The notes under the pieces: model-generated
The model's database searches: none
Told to the model about the DNA's origin: nothing
What the model saw: only the letters and a program-made list of their open reading frames with translations
Program-made: the position numbers and the translations under genes
Part shown: one piece after another, positions 30,244-40,024 of the stretch
Layout of the letters: each line of letters opens with the position of its first letter
How positions within the stretch are numbered: the stretch's first letter is position 1
Source of the DNA: a virus
Taxonomy: Duplodnaviria; Caudoviricetes
Length of the DNA: 64,000 nucleotides
Reading direction: 5' to 3' (one strand)
Virus record (IMG/VR): IMGVR_UViG_3300028903_000004
Span: 59,437-123,436 of that record

Positions 30244-31228
30244 TTTGTAAAATATTACAAATTTTTATTGATGATGTTCCGTCACCGAATGGTGAATTAA
30301 TATTAACTTTATAGTTATTAATATGTGATAAAAATACAATGCTTAAATCAGATGGTTCTGGAACCATAAAACTAGTTAATCCTACTGATTCAGGTCTTTC
30401 TGTTACTTTTCTACAAACCAAACATTTTTTGTTAAAAAAACTACATTCTTCTTGTATTCCACCACTATCAGTTATTACCATTCTGGATTTAACTAATAAT
30501 TTTATTAAATCTTCGTGACTCAATGAATTAATAATTCTTACGTGTGTTAATAAATGTCTATGCTTTTGAACATTTGGATTTGGATGTAATGGAATGACAA
30601 AATCTAAATTTTTAAATGTTTTCGCTATTTCATTAATTTCAGTAAACCATTTAGCCATATTATCATGATTTTCACGTCTATGCAAAGTAACTAATATTGT
30701 ATTTCCATATTCACATTCGGATTTATATTGAATAAGATTATCCAGTGATGTATTCCCTACAATATATTTTTTCCCTTCAACTTTTTCAGCAATTAAATTA
30801 TCGTAGCTTAATCGGGTTGGACAAAAATGAATATCGGCAATGCTTGAAACAATTCTTCTATTAGTTTCTTCTGGATATGGATTATTTTTATCATAAGTTC
30901 TAAGTCCAGCTTCAAGATGAATTACCTTAATCTTTCTATTAAAAGCTGCTAAAGCAAGAGCAACAACAGATGTGGTGTCACCTTGAACTAAAATATATTC
31001 AATACCTTCAAACCATTTATCTGGTAAATTCATGCACGATTCAATTATTGAATCTAATCGGTTTTGCCCAGATTTCATTGTTAAAATAAAATCTGCATTT
31101 TTAGGTGCGATATCTACATGTTGTCCAGTGAATAAAGTTTTGTACTTTATTCCTCTTTGTTCCATTTCAAGTATTAAGGGTTTAATTTTAATATATTCTG
31201 GTCTTGTACCATATACTAATAAAATCAT
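30230..31228 (-). CDS. wecB: UDP-N-acetylglucosamine 2-epimerase (non-hydrolysing)
   Basis: GTRPE, VQGDT, HLEAGLRT, PEE.NR, TLHRREN, HPNP, TDSGGIQEE, TERPE, PFGDG. Confidence 0.93.
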   Translation of the reverse strand: MILLVYGTRPEYIKIKPLILEMEQRGIKYKTLFTGQHVDIAPKNADFILTMKSGQNRLDSIIESCMNLPDKWFEGIEYILVQGDTTSVVALALAAFNRKIKVIHLEAGLRTYDKNNPYPEETNRRIVSSIADIHFCPTRLSYDNLIAEKVEGKKYIVGNTSLDNLIQYKSECEYGNTILVTLHRRENHDNMAKWFTEINEIAKTFKNLDFVIPLHPNPNVQKHRHLLTHVRIINSLSHEDLIKLLVKSRMVITDSGGIQEECSFFNKKCLVCRKVTERPESVGLTSFMVPEPSDLSIVFLSHINNYKVNINSPFGDGTSSIKICNILQNELV

Positions 31229-31803
31229 TTTTCGTTAAATAATAAAAACATTACATTATACTTAGTGAACGGCTTTTTATCAACCAATTCAAATTTTGGA
31301 TAATTTTCTTTGACAAATTCCTCAACATCTCTATGCTTTATGTGTGGAACAGCACTGGCAAGACTACCCGAATTTGTTGTATATAAACAAACATTTTTTG
31401 ATACTGAGAATAAGGTATCCATATGTTCTTTAAAAACACTATCTTCTACTAAATGATAAATAACGTCTAAACTGAGTGCTAAATCATATTTGTTTTTCTT
31501 AATCTCGTTTATGTCTGTCACAAATTCTTTTGATTTATCACTTTTAAATTTATTCGAGCAAACACCAATAATCGTTTCACTAATATCGTATCCAGTATAT
31601 TTTTCATAGCTAACCAATTTTTGTAATTCATTACCATCGCCACATCCGAGCTCTACGATAGTTTTAAAATTGTTAATTGTAATCAATCTGTTTATGTAAT
31701 CAGATTTGAATTTAACTGATTCTGGGTCATGACTACCAAGACCAGAATCACCACCAGCTTTATATCTGGATTCCCAATAATTTTTTACAAAATCATTATC
31801 CAT
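31225..31803 (-). CDS. Class I SAM-dependent methyltransferase
   Basis: YWESRY...SGLGS, VELGCGDG, GYDIS, SLDVIYHL. Confidence 0.88.
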   Translation of the reverse strand: MDNDFVKNYWESRYKAGGDSGLGSHDPESVKFKSDYINRLITINNFKTIVELGCGDGNELQKLVSYEKYTGYDISETIIGVCSNKFKSDKSKEFVTDINEIKKNKYDLALSLDVIYHLVEDSVFKEHMDTLFSVSKNVCLYTTNSGSLASAVPHIKHRDVEEFVKENYPKFELVDKKPFTKYNVMFLLFNEK

Positions 31804-32395
31804 TTTTTTGCAGTGTTAAATAAACAATATTCAAATTTTTATATATCTCGTTTGGGTATTTTGAGTTTTCTCCATTAAGTCTAAGCTTAACATCATCTTC
31901 AACTAATTTAATCCCAAGAAAATTTTCAATTTCTTCAATACTCACTCTCGGATAATCAAATGTTAAAACAAAATATCCACCAATTTTAACTTGTTTGAAT
32001 AAGTTCTCTATAGCTAATAGACGTTCTTCTTTGGTTTTTAGATGTTCAATTGTTGAGATATTGACAACGAAATCGAATTTATTTTCAAATTCTTTTTTTT
32101 CAGTTGTGATGTTATATTCATAGGTTTCCCTGAATTCAGACTTACAAATATCCGAATGTAGGCATTCACCAATTTTATCCAGTTCATCTCTAAAAATTAC
32201 ATGAACTCCTTCATAACCCCATGAAGAGTTATGAATTTTGGGAATACTAAAATCTTTTAGTTTGCGACTATTTATGAAGTCGGTAACAAATTTATATTCA
32301 TAAATCCTAGACCAAGCTCCAGATTGCATATATTTCAAATCGTAACTATCATTTGCCTTGGCAAATTTAAAATCTATTACTTTAAAATTATTCAT
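31796..32395 (-). CDS. SAM-dependent methyltransferase-like protein
   Basis: WSRIYEY, FDFVVNISTIEH, KIGGYFVLTFD. Confidence 0.75.
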   Translation of the reverse strand: MNNFKVIDFKFAKANDSYDLKYMQSGAWSRIYEYKFVTDFINSRKLKDFSIPKIHNSSWGYEGVHVIFRDELDKIGECLHSDICKSEFRETYEYNITTEKKEFENKFDFVVNISTIEHLKTKEERLLAIENLFKQVKIGGYFVLTFDYPRVSIEEIENFLGIKLVEDDVKLRLNGENSKYPNEIYKNLNIVYLTLQKNG

Positions 32396-32958
32396 TTTTT
32401 TAATATTTTAAAAGCTGTTATATGTGGATATAATTCATTATCAAAGACAAACTCAACCGTGTAACTTAAAATTTTCCAATCATCATAATTCCATGCTGAT
32501 AAATGCTTTTCATGCTCATTACCATATATTTCATCTTGTGGTTGTTCGCCAAATGGAGTACCAAAAACTAAAATCGCGTATTTAGCCTCTAATTTTGGCG
32601 ATAATTGAATGAATTCATCTTTTTCAATATGTTCTGAACCATGCCAGAAAAAGATGCACTCGGCTTCTGATAATACATCAATATTTCTTATATTCCCAAG
32701 AATTATTTTATTGGGGTTACATCCATTAGCAATAGAATCAATAACATTTTGCTGGAAAATTTCCACAATTTTCCAATCAATATTATTTGCCTTACAAATT
32801 TTAATCCACCACTGAGTTCTTGGGTCCAACCAATTGCGAAAACCAATATTTAAAAAAGAATTAATTTTATTACCAAACAATTTGAATAAATTAACAACTG
32901 TTAATTCTCTTTTTGAATATTCTAAATCAGGTATAACAAATTCATTTACCATATGCAA
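32392..32958 (-). CDS. Methyltransferase-like protein
   Basis: FLNIG, VEIF, WHGSEHI, TPFG...HLSAW; start may be 32952. Confidence 0.55.
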   Translation of the reverse strand: MHMVNEFVIPDLEYSKRELTVVNLFKLFGNKINSFLNIGFRNWLDPRTQWWIKICKANNIDWKIVEIFQQNVIDSIANGCNPNKIILGNIRNIDVLSEAECIFFWHGSEHIEKDEFIQLSPKLEAKYAILVFGTPFGEQPQDEIYGNEHEKHLSAWNYDDWKILSYTVEFVFDNELYPHITAFKILKK

Positions 32959-33656
32959 ATTTTTTTAATTGTTGGTGCTCCCCTTAAATATCCTCGATTA
33001 TTTCCTACTAACCAAGTGTTAAGAGTTGAACCTATATCAATATAAGTATTCTTTTTATTTAAAGACCAGAATTTAGCCGCTAGCATATTACCGAGTGGAC
33101 CAGCACAGAATAGAAATAATTTACCTTCATAGTCTTCAATTGGAAAATTATCGAGTAAATAAAAATTATCTTTCAAAGCTGTATTTGTTATTGGTACAAA
33201 AGCTTCAATCTCAAATGGTAAATTCTCAACCTTGGCATCCGCATTGGCAAATAAAATAATGTCATGGTTTTGGAATTCTGGGATAAAATTATCCTTAAAG
33301 AAATTGTAATTTCCGTTAACGAAAATATTGACCCATGTTAAATTGGTTGGTGCGACTTTAACGGTATCTCGCATCCATTTAACATCATCCCAGCTGACGC
33401 AACAAGGGCATGATATGCCAACAAAATATCCTTCCTCATTATAAGTAAAAGATTTCAATAACTCTTGTTGTTCTTTAGAATCCCTTTCAGGATTAAAAGT
33501 CCAATTATCACAATTTGTGATAGGTTGATTTTTTAATATTGCAAATTCGCCATCCGCATATTTGGAGAATGTAAAATGTTCACCTCTTCGCAATGCTTCG
33601 AAAATAATCTTAATATCTTCAACAAAGCTTTTGTCTTCATTAACCGTGAATTCCAT
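32946..33656 (-). CDS. GT-D fold (DUF1792-like) glycosyltransferase
   Basis: FSKYADGE (cf. RFGDGE), CAGPLG, IDIGS. Confidence 0.6.
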   Translation of the reverse strand: MEFTVNEDKSFVEDIKIIFEALRRGEHFTFSKYADGEFAILKNQPITNCDNWTFNPERDSKEQQELLKSFTYNEEGYFVGISCPCCVSWDDVKWMRDTVKVAPTNLTWVNIFVNGNYNFFKDNFIPEFQNHDIILFANADAKVENLPFEIEAFVPITNTALKDNFYLLDNFPIEDYEGKLFLFCAGPLGNMLAAKFWSLNKKNTYIDIGSTLNTWLVGNNRGYLRGAPTIKKICIW

Positions 33657-34389
33657 TTATTGTTTTCCATCCGTTACGTTTGCAATATTGGCAAATTTCA
33701 CTTCTTAAATTTAAGTGATTTCCTTTTCGCCAAGATGCATTATTATCACTACCAACAGAACGAGCAATTGTAGGTTCTGTACACCAAATATCTTTTCTTG
33801 TAGCTGGGTGTGGTGGAACAAAAGTCTTGATATTTCCATATTTTTGAGCTAGATATGAAAACATAATATCTTCACCGTTATCAAATGTAGGGAATTTTTC
33901 ATACCATAAATATTTTCCCCATTCTTGTTTAAAAAACCAAGCATGACCTACTAAATCTACTTCAATTGTCTTATCGCTTTGAACGCCATTCCAACCTACT
34001 TTGACATGAGGAAAGTAATCACCATTTTGATTTATCAAAATCCCGCTACCACCCAATATTCCGCAAGTTTCTGGTTTGTTAATAGTATCTAAACAATTTT
34101 TAAACCAGTTTGGTTGTGGGAGTATATCATCATCAAAAACTGCAACATATTCAGTTGTAAGTATTGGAATAATTGTAAAACGTCCCCAAAATTTGGTATT
34201 CCAATTGCATTTATATGTTTTAATTTTTTTATTTTCTGGTGAAAATTGTTCAATTTCTACATCATCTGGGGTATTATACCATACATGAATATTTTCAGGT
34301 TTTATTGTTACTGTTTGCTTTAAAACAGAATTTATTTGTTTTTCAAGCATTTCTGGTCGTTTATAAACATTTAAAATAACACTTATCAT
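33640..34389 (-). CDS. Glycosyltransferase family 2 (GT-A)
   Basis: ISVILNVYKR, VFDDDILP, GEDI. Confidence 0.8.
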   Translation of the reverse strand: MISVILNVYKRPEMLEKQINSVLKQTVTIKPENIHVWYNTPDDVEIEQFSPENKKIKTYKCNWNTKFWGRFTIIPILTTEYVAVFDDDILPQPNWFKNCLDTINKPETCGILGGSGILINQNGDYFPHVKVGWNGVQSDKTIEVDLVGHAWFFKQEWGKYLWYEKFPTFDNGEDIMFSYLAQKYGNIKTFVPPHPATRKDIWCTEPTIARSVGSDNNASWRKGNHLNLRSEICQYCKRNGWKTINGIHG

Positions 34390-35960
34390 ATTTTAGGATT
34401 ATAATCAATTAAATAATTTCTTATTTTAGTAAAATCTAATCCATAGATTTCATTGTTTTCAATATCAATTATATTTGAAAACTTAAAACTATTGATATCT
34501 GATATTCCAAAATCAGATTTTAAATCAATACAAACTCCGTTGACGTCAAAACACGACACATTTAATTCTTTTAAATTAAAATTCTGAATTGATTGAATAT
34601 TCTTTGTTAAATTTTTATCCAATCGACTATTGATTTCTAAAGAACCCCATGGTTTCCAATCTAGTAAACCCAGTAATTTTTTTGACATAAATCTACCAAC
34701 GCCAGTCGGTTCACCCACTCTACCAGTTTCATAACCAGCCCAATAGCAGAGATATTTTTTAGTTAAAAAATAGATATCAGTTATCCCACCATAATCATAA
34801 TCATTATTAATTAAATAATCATAATGGTAGAAAAACTCCACTGATAATATACTATCAGAATCAATTTTAATACATGCATCTGGATTAAAAAGTTTGGCTT
34901 TTTGATATAAAAAATTTTGTTTTTGGGATAAAGGGGTGTTTGGATATTCATAATAAATAAACCCATTTTTTTCAGCTATTTTTTTTGATTCTTCTCCTTC
35001 GGAACCACAGCATAATAATATGACTTCGATTTTATCTTTCAGTTCATTTCTTAATTGATTATAATGACCTAAAACAAAATCGCTAATTTCATGTCGTTTA
35101 TATATCGGTATACAAACAGCAATTTTATTCATAGCGATTATTTTTTGAACTTTTCTAAAACTATAATTCATTTGAGAATCATGTTCACCATGTATTACCA
35201 ATGTTTTTTTTACGTGAAACATCGAATACCCCATGTTATGTAATCGTTTTGAAATATTATTCCCAACACCAGAGCTAGCATTTTTATTTCTTTCCCATAA
35301 ATTTGGATTTATGGCATCAATCCTAAATTCTAGTGCTTCAAAAAAATTTCTTTCAGCTATAAAACACAAATCATTAAATTGAGTTTTATACACATCTTCT
35401 AGTTCCACAATCTCAAATCCAGTCCAACTAGCAAATTTTGTGGTTTTAGTTGAATTTGCTATTAATAGATTTAGGCATATTTTCTTATTATCATTGATAT
35501 TATTAAATTTTGTTATTGCTTTGTTAAAGAAATCATCTATAAGTCTAACATCATCTGGTAAATAGATAAAATATTTTGAATTTATATTTTTGCAAAAATT
35601 CATAGTATCAGAAATCAATTTCCAATATTGTTTTTTACCATGATTTTTTGAGTATCTATTATAAACAATATTCAATCTATTTTCATATTCTGTTAAATCC
35701 AATATGTTATCACTGCAATCGTCAAATATTCCAATAATAATCTTAAGGTCTGAAGAATTTTTAATAATATCATCCAGCAATTTTTTTAACATTATTTCCC
35801 TGTTGAAGGTAGTAATAACAATACATATATCATAAGTAGAATCATTAGGTGTTAAAGGCGTGACAGTATTTAATATTTCTTTTAATTCAATTGGTCCTGC
35901 CTCCTTTTTATTAGCAAATCGGCTCCATTTATTTCTAATATAGCCATCTTTTTTAGACAT
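34386..35960 (-). CDS. Tandem two-domain GT-A glycosyltransferase
   Basis: Domain 1 IVITTFNR...YLPDD; domain 2 VCIPIYKR...KIDSD. Confidence 0.75.
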   Translation of the reverse strand: MSKKDGYIRNKWSRFANKKEAGPIELKEILNTVTPLTPNDSTYDICIVITTFNREIMLKKLLDDIIKNSSDLKIIIGIFDDCSDNILDLTEYENRLNIVYNRYSKNHGKKQYWKLISDTMNFCKNINSKYFIYLPDDVRLIDDFFNKAITKFNNINDNKKICLNLLIANSTKTTKFASWTGFEIVELEDVYKTQFNDLCFIAERNFFEALEFRIDAINPNLWERNKNASSGVGNNISKRLHNMGYSMFHVKKTLVIHGEHDSQMNYSFRKVQKIIAMNKIAVCIPIYKRHEISDFVLGHYNQLRNELKDKIEVILLCCGSEGEESKKIAEKNGFIYYEYPNTPLSQKQNFLYQKAKLFNPDACIKIDSDSILSVEFFYHYDYLINNDYDYGGITDIYFLTKKYLCYWAGYETGRVGEPTGVGRFMSKKLLGLLDWKPWGSLEINSRLDKNLTKNIQSIQNFNLKELNVSCFDVNGVCIDLKSDFGISDINSFKFSNIIDIENNEIYGLDFTKIRNYLIDYNPKI

Positions 35961-35961
35961 A

Positions 35962-36057
35962 TCAACATTTTTTGTTTTTATTTTTTTTATTTTTAATAGT
36001 AAAAGTTAATTTTCTATCATTTTTACCAGTACCACCTTTCATTGGTTTAGCTACCAT
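35962..36057 (-). CDS. Small basic peptide (31 aa), not in ORF track
   Basis: MVAKPMKGGTGKNDRKLTFTIKNKKNKNKKC*; fills the gap between two GT genes. Confidence 0.35.
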   Translation of the reverse strand: MVAKPMKGGTGKNDRKLTFTIKNKKNKNKKC

Positions 36058-36066
36058 AAAAATAAA

Positions 36067-37719
36067 TTATAAAGTATTATATGCTAATATATAAGTATCA
36101 ATTGTTTTTTTAATATGACTATCTAAATCAAAAATTGATAGGTCTTCTGGTACTGGATGAAATTCAGAACTAATTATTTCACCTAATTTATCTACGATAT
36201 AAATGATTGCAGGTTTACCACATAGAAATCCTTCAATAGTTGTTCTACCTAAAAAAATACCAGCTGTTTCATCACATTTATAATAAAATTCTTCTATCTT
36301 TTCTGTAGGAGGAAAATATTTTACGTGTTCATTAGCTCTACTTAATGCATTACCATATCCATCAGTATCTTTTCCAACTAACCATAATTCTTTATTTGAT
36401 TCTTGACATTTAATTACTAAATCTTCTATCGCTTTACGTCTTAAATAATCCATAGTCCCAACAAATAAAGTAACTTTTCTATTTGTTCCACTAGGTAATG
36501 TTTTTTTCTTGAATCTATTCATATCAAAAGCATTATAGATAATATCAATCTTATCTTCTGGTATTCCAAAATTATCAATCATATACTGTTTAATTGATGG
36601 ACGTATAGCAATATATCGTTTAATTCTATCATCAATAATTGGGTTTTCCAAATCAATTACTTCAGACCTAACAATATTAACAAAAATACCATCAGGATAT
36701 AATTTAAGCAAATATTCAGTGATTGGAGTATGATTTGTATGAATAACATCAAATCTTACGTCCTCTATTTTATAAAGCATATCCACTTTTGAAGGTTCAA
36801 ATCCATTTGGCGTATTAAACCCCCATTTACCATCACCTCGCTTAAAACCTGGTGGTTCACTCAGTGTATAAGTCTTAATTCCTAATGGCTTACATATAGC
36901 TTTAAATTTATCACTTACACTTGAAGAAATTACACTAACATCACATCCAGCTTTTGCTAACCCTTTAACAGTTTCTAAAGTTGAAATTTCTGAACCAGTT
37001 AAACCATTAAATTGAAGACAACCTACTAATAATTTAAGTTTTCTTTCTTTGAAATCTTCATGTAATTTTATTGGTAATTTATCCTTGTTGGTTTCTACAA
37101 AATATTTTCTATTTTCTTCCCATTCTTGATTAGTTATTCCAATTGACATATGGTTAATTCTTATATCATAATGAACACCAATTTTAACGCCTTCTAAGTG
37201 ATTTTTGAAGCAAAAATCTACATCATAAAAATGAAATCCTTTGATTTCTAGATTAAACCCGACTTTTATCCTTTGTCTATGAACTGATAAAAATACACCA
37301 TCAACAATAACAGTTTGAGTAATTTTATTACCTAAATGCTCACTATATTTAGATAGCCATGTTTTACCTTCGTGAGTATGAAAAACTTGACCATACATTT
37401 CATTTCTCTTTTCCCACCATTGTCCAGATGCTGGTAATAATTTCGAACCAGCTACGCCTAAAATACCATAATCTGGATTTCTCTTAAAATGATTTATTAA
37501 TCGTCTTCCCCAATTTTGCGTCACTATTAATAAATCATCATGAAGAAACACAATAATATCATATTTAGCTTCTTTTAGAGCTTTATTATATGGATTAGTA
37601 AGACCTTCTCCGTTATTGACATATTCGATTACTTCTATGTCTTTAATCCCAGCAGTATCAATGATATGCTGTTTGTGTTTTGGATTTGACTGTCTGGTAC
37701 AATAAAATACTGAAATCAT
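36067..37719 (-). CDS. Bifunctional glycosyltransferase (GT-A N-terminal + GT-B C-terminal)
   Basis: YNKAL...FLHDD...DGVF...FHFYDVD; then TGSE...IYNAFD...GRTTIEGFLCG. Confidence 0.8.
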   Translation of the reverse strand: MISVFYCTRQSNPKHKQHIIDTAGIKDIEVIEYVNNGEGLTNPYNKALKEAKYDIIVFLHDDLLIVTQNWGRRLINHFKRNPDYGILGVAGSKLLPASGQWWEKRNEMYGQVFHTHEGKTWLSKYSEHLGNKITQTVIVDGVFLSVHRQRIKVGFNLEIKGFHFYDVDFCFKNHLEGVKIGVHYDIRINHMSIGITNQEWEENRKYFVETNKDKLPIKLHEDFKERKLKLLVGCLQFNGLTGSEISTLETVKGLAKAGCDVSVISSSVSDKFKAICKPLGIKTYTLSEPPGFKRGDGKWGFNTPNGFEPSKVDMLYKIEDVRFDVIHTNHTPITEYLLKLYPDGIFVNIVRSEVIDLENPIIDDRIKRYIAIRPSIKQYMIDNFGIPEDKIDIIYNAFDMNRFKKKTLPSGTNRKVTLFVGTMDYLRRKAIEDLVIKCQESNKELWLVGKDTDGYGNALSRANEHVKYFPPTEKIEEFYYKCDETAGIFLGRTTIEGFLCGKPAIIYIVDKLGEIISSEFHPVPEDLSIFDLDSHIKKTIDTYILAYNTL

Positions 37720-37791
37720 AAATAAAAAAACCTTTAAATTATCATACTTAATTCTAATAATTTAAAGGCAAATGTAAATATTAAAACTTAA

Positions 37792-38811
37792 TTATTTATT
37801 AAATCTTCTGTAAGCATTTTCACTAACAATGTTTATTTCTGGTTTACCAATAAACTCCGATAATGTTTTAGCATTTGTATAACTCATTGCAGTTTTAAGA
37901 TAATGAATAAAATTTTCAGTCCATTTATCTAAAGTATATTCAACTTTTCTAAATCTTATAACACCTTCAGATGTTTTTATTTCTCTCGCACCCCATTTCT
38001 TTTGAACAGCTTTAGTACTCATTCCTCTGAATTTTTTATATATAGGAAATTTGTGTTTATAAAGCCATTCGGCTGTATTTTGTGAAACTTTAATTTTATT
38101 CCAAAGGTAATTAAAACCAGCCGATTCCAAAGATTTATTAAATATTGAACCTATCATTACGTAATCAGCACCTAAAGCTAATGATTTAATAATATCTGAG
38201 TATTTTTTCATTCCACCATCAGCAACAATTTTCGCTGGTCTTTCAATAGTACGAGAAATATCATAACATTCTTTAATTAACGAAGCCATTGGATAACCAA
38301 CACCTGTATGTTCAGTAGTTAAACATCCGTTACCATTTCCAATACCAATACGAATAAAATCAGCACCAGCATTAGATAAAAGTTTATATGTTTCAGGGTT
38401 GGCGATATTTCCGACCATTAAAGTCATATTCGGGTATTTTTCTTTTGTTTTTAAAACAACTTCTAATAATTTAAGCATATGTCCATTGGCTATATCGATA
38501 AGATATTTTCCATTTGGTGATAATTTTTCATTTTTTAAACATTCATTAAACTCGTTTAAACCATATGAATAAAAATAAAAATTATCACTTATATATGTTT
38601 CTTCTTCACCTCTTGGAAAACATGGAATAATTCCTAATTCTGTGAATTTCTTAGCATTTTTAGCATTAATAACTGTATCCATTGGAGCTGTTATTAACGG
38701 TAAAAATCCATTAGAATATAATGGATTTATCTCAATAGTTCTAGTATTAATACTACTTGTAATTTTTGGCTGTATTAGAATGTCATCAAAATCATATTTC
38801 ATATTTTTCAT
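37792..38811 (-). CDS. IMP dehydrogenase/GMP reductase family protein (no CBS domain)
   Basis: FDDILIQP, APMDTV, IDIANGH, GIGNGNGCLT (catalytic Cys), ADGG, FRGMS, SEG. Confidence 0.88.
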   Translation of the reverse strand: MKNMKYDFDDILIQPKITSSINTRTIEINPLYSNGFLPLITAPMDTVINAKNAKKFTELGIIPCFPRGEEETYISDNFYFYSYGLNEFNECLKNEKLSPNGKYLIDIANGHMLKLLEVVLKTKEKYPNMTLMVGNIANPETYKLLSNAGADFIRIGIGNGNGCLTTEHTGVGYPMASLIKECYDISRTIERPAKIVADGGMKKYSDIIKSLALGADYVMIGSIFNKSLESAGFNYLWNKIKVSQNTAEWLYKHKFPIYKKFRGMSTKAVQKKWGAREIKTSEGVIRFRKVEYTLDKWTENFIHYLKTAMSYTNAKTLSEFIGKPEINIVSENAYRRFNK

Positions 38812-39389
38812 CTTTTACCAGTAGAACCAAATCCATCAGAACCTCTATCGGTATCTTTAGAAACTTTATCAATCTTTGTTAATTCAGTTAAAATACTGTT
38901 TGCAACATTTGTAAAAACTGCTTGAGCAATTCTATCACCATTTTGAATTGTAAACGTTTCATTACCTAAATTAATGAGAATAACTTTAACTTCTCCTCTG
39001 TATCCACTATCTATCGTTCCTGGTGTATTTAAAACTGTAACCCCATTTTTAGAAGCTAATCCACTTCTAGGTCTTATTTGAATTTCATACCCTTCTGGAA
39101 TTTCAAAAAATAATCCTGTTGGAATAGTAGCTCTTTCAAATGGATTTAAAGTAATCGGATTTTCAATGAAAGCTCTAAGGTCAAATCCAGAGTCAGAAGA
39201 TTTAGCATATTCTGGGTCGGGATTATTTGAAGTATTTTCAAATTTTAATTTGATTTTATTAAATTTACCTTGTTTAATATACTCTTCTTCAAAGATTTTA
39301 TTATACTTAGAAATAACTTCATTAATATCCTTTCCTTTTGCTATTTCATTCATTATTTCTTCTTGAATTTTTAAAATGTCGTTTTCCAT
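38808..39389 (-). CDS. dut: dUTPase (trimeric)
   Basis: GFDL, RPRSGLA, GTIDSGYRG, RIAQ, RGSDGFGSTG. Confidence 0.95.
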   Translation of the reverse strand: MENDILKIQEEIMNEIAKGKDINEVISKYNKIFEEEYIKQGKFNKIKLKFENTSNNPDPEYAKSSDSGFDLRAFIENPITLNPFERATIPTGLFFEIPEGYEIQIRPRSGLASKNGVTVLNTPGTIDSGYRGEVKVILINLGNETFTIQNGDRIAQAVFTNVANSILTELTKIDKVSKDTDRGSDGFGSTGKR

Positions 39390-39952
39390 TAAATTTTATT
39401 TTTTTCTTCAATTATTGCTAGTTCATTCGCTTGTCTTAAAATTATACCAAGCGTTGTTGTGTGCCATTTAGCTTGTTTATCTTCTTCATCTTTATCGTAA
39501 TTCAAAATAGCTTGATATTCCTCATCATTTAATTCGATTCCTGCTAACATAATATAACGCACAGAACGTTCACCAACTCTCATTGAAATTAATTCATTGT
39601 TAAAGTCATAGAGAATTCCTTGTTTTTTATGCCAATCAGAATCTTTAGGTAAGTATAATTTTGCTTTGCCAATTTGGTGAAGTAGGGATATTTTAAGTAA
39701 AGACTTTTCTGGAACCTGTAATTCTTCAGGAAGTATTTTATTAATATAAACAGCGTACTTAGCTACTTTTAAAAGATGGTCAATTAACCCACCTTCAAAT
39801 GCATTGTGAAGGTCTTCTCTTGTAGAGGCAGGAGCTTTAATAAAAGATTCTCCTAAAATTTCAACTAATTTGTCATTAAAAAAACCGTATTTTTCAAGTG
39901 TTGCATAATACGTTTTAGTGTTTTTTACTATTTTTTCTTGTGTTAATCCCAT
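39389..39952 (-). CDS. HD-domain-like protein (HD replaced by HQ)
   Basis: APAS...HNAFEGGLIDH...LLHQIGK. Confidence 0.7.
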   Translation of the reverse strand: MGLTQEKIVKNTKTYYATLEKYGFFNDKLVEILGESFIKAPASTREDLHNAFEGGLIDHLLKVAKYAVYINKILPEELQVPEKSLLKISLLHQIGKAKLYLPKDSDWHKKQGILYDFNNELISMRVGERSVRYIMLAGIELNDEEYQAILNYDKDEEDKQAKWHTTTLGIILRQANELAIIEEKNKI

Positions 39953-40024
39953 TATTTAATTTTTTTTTGTTAATGATTTATTTTTCTGTTTTACAAATAT
40001 ACTTTAAAAAAATACTTTTTTCAA

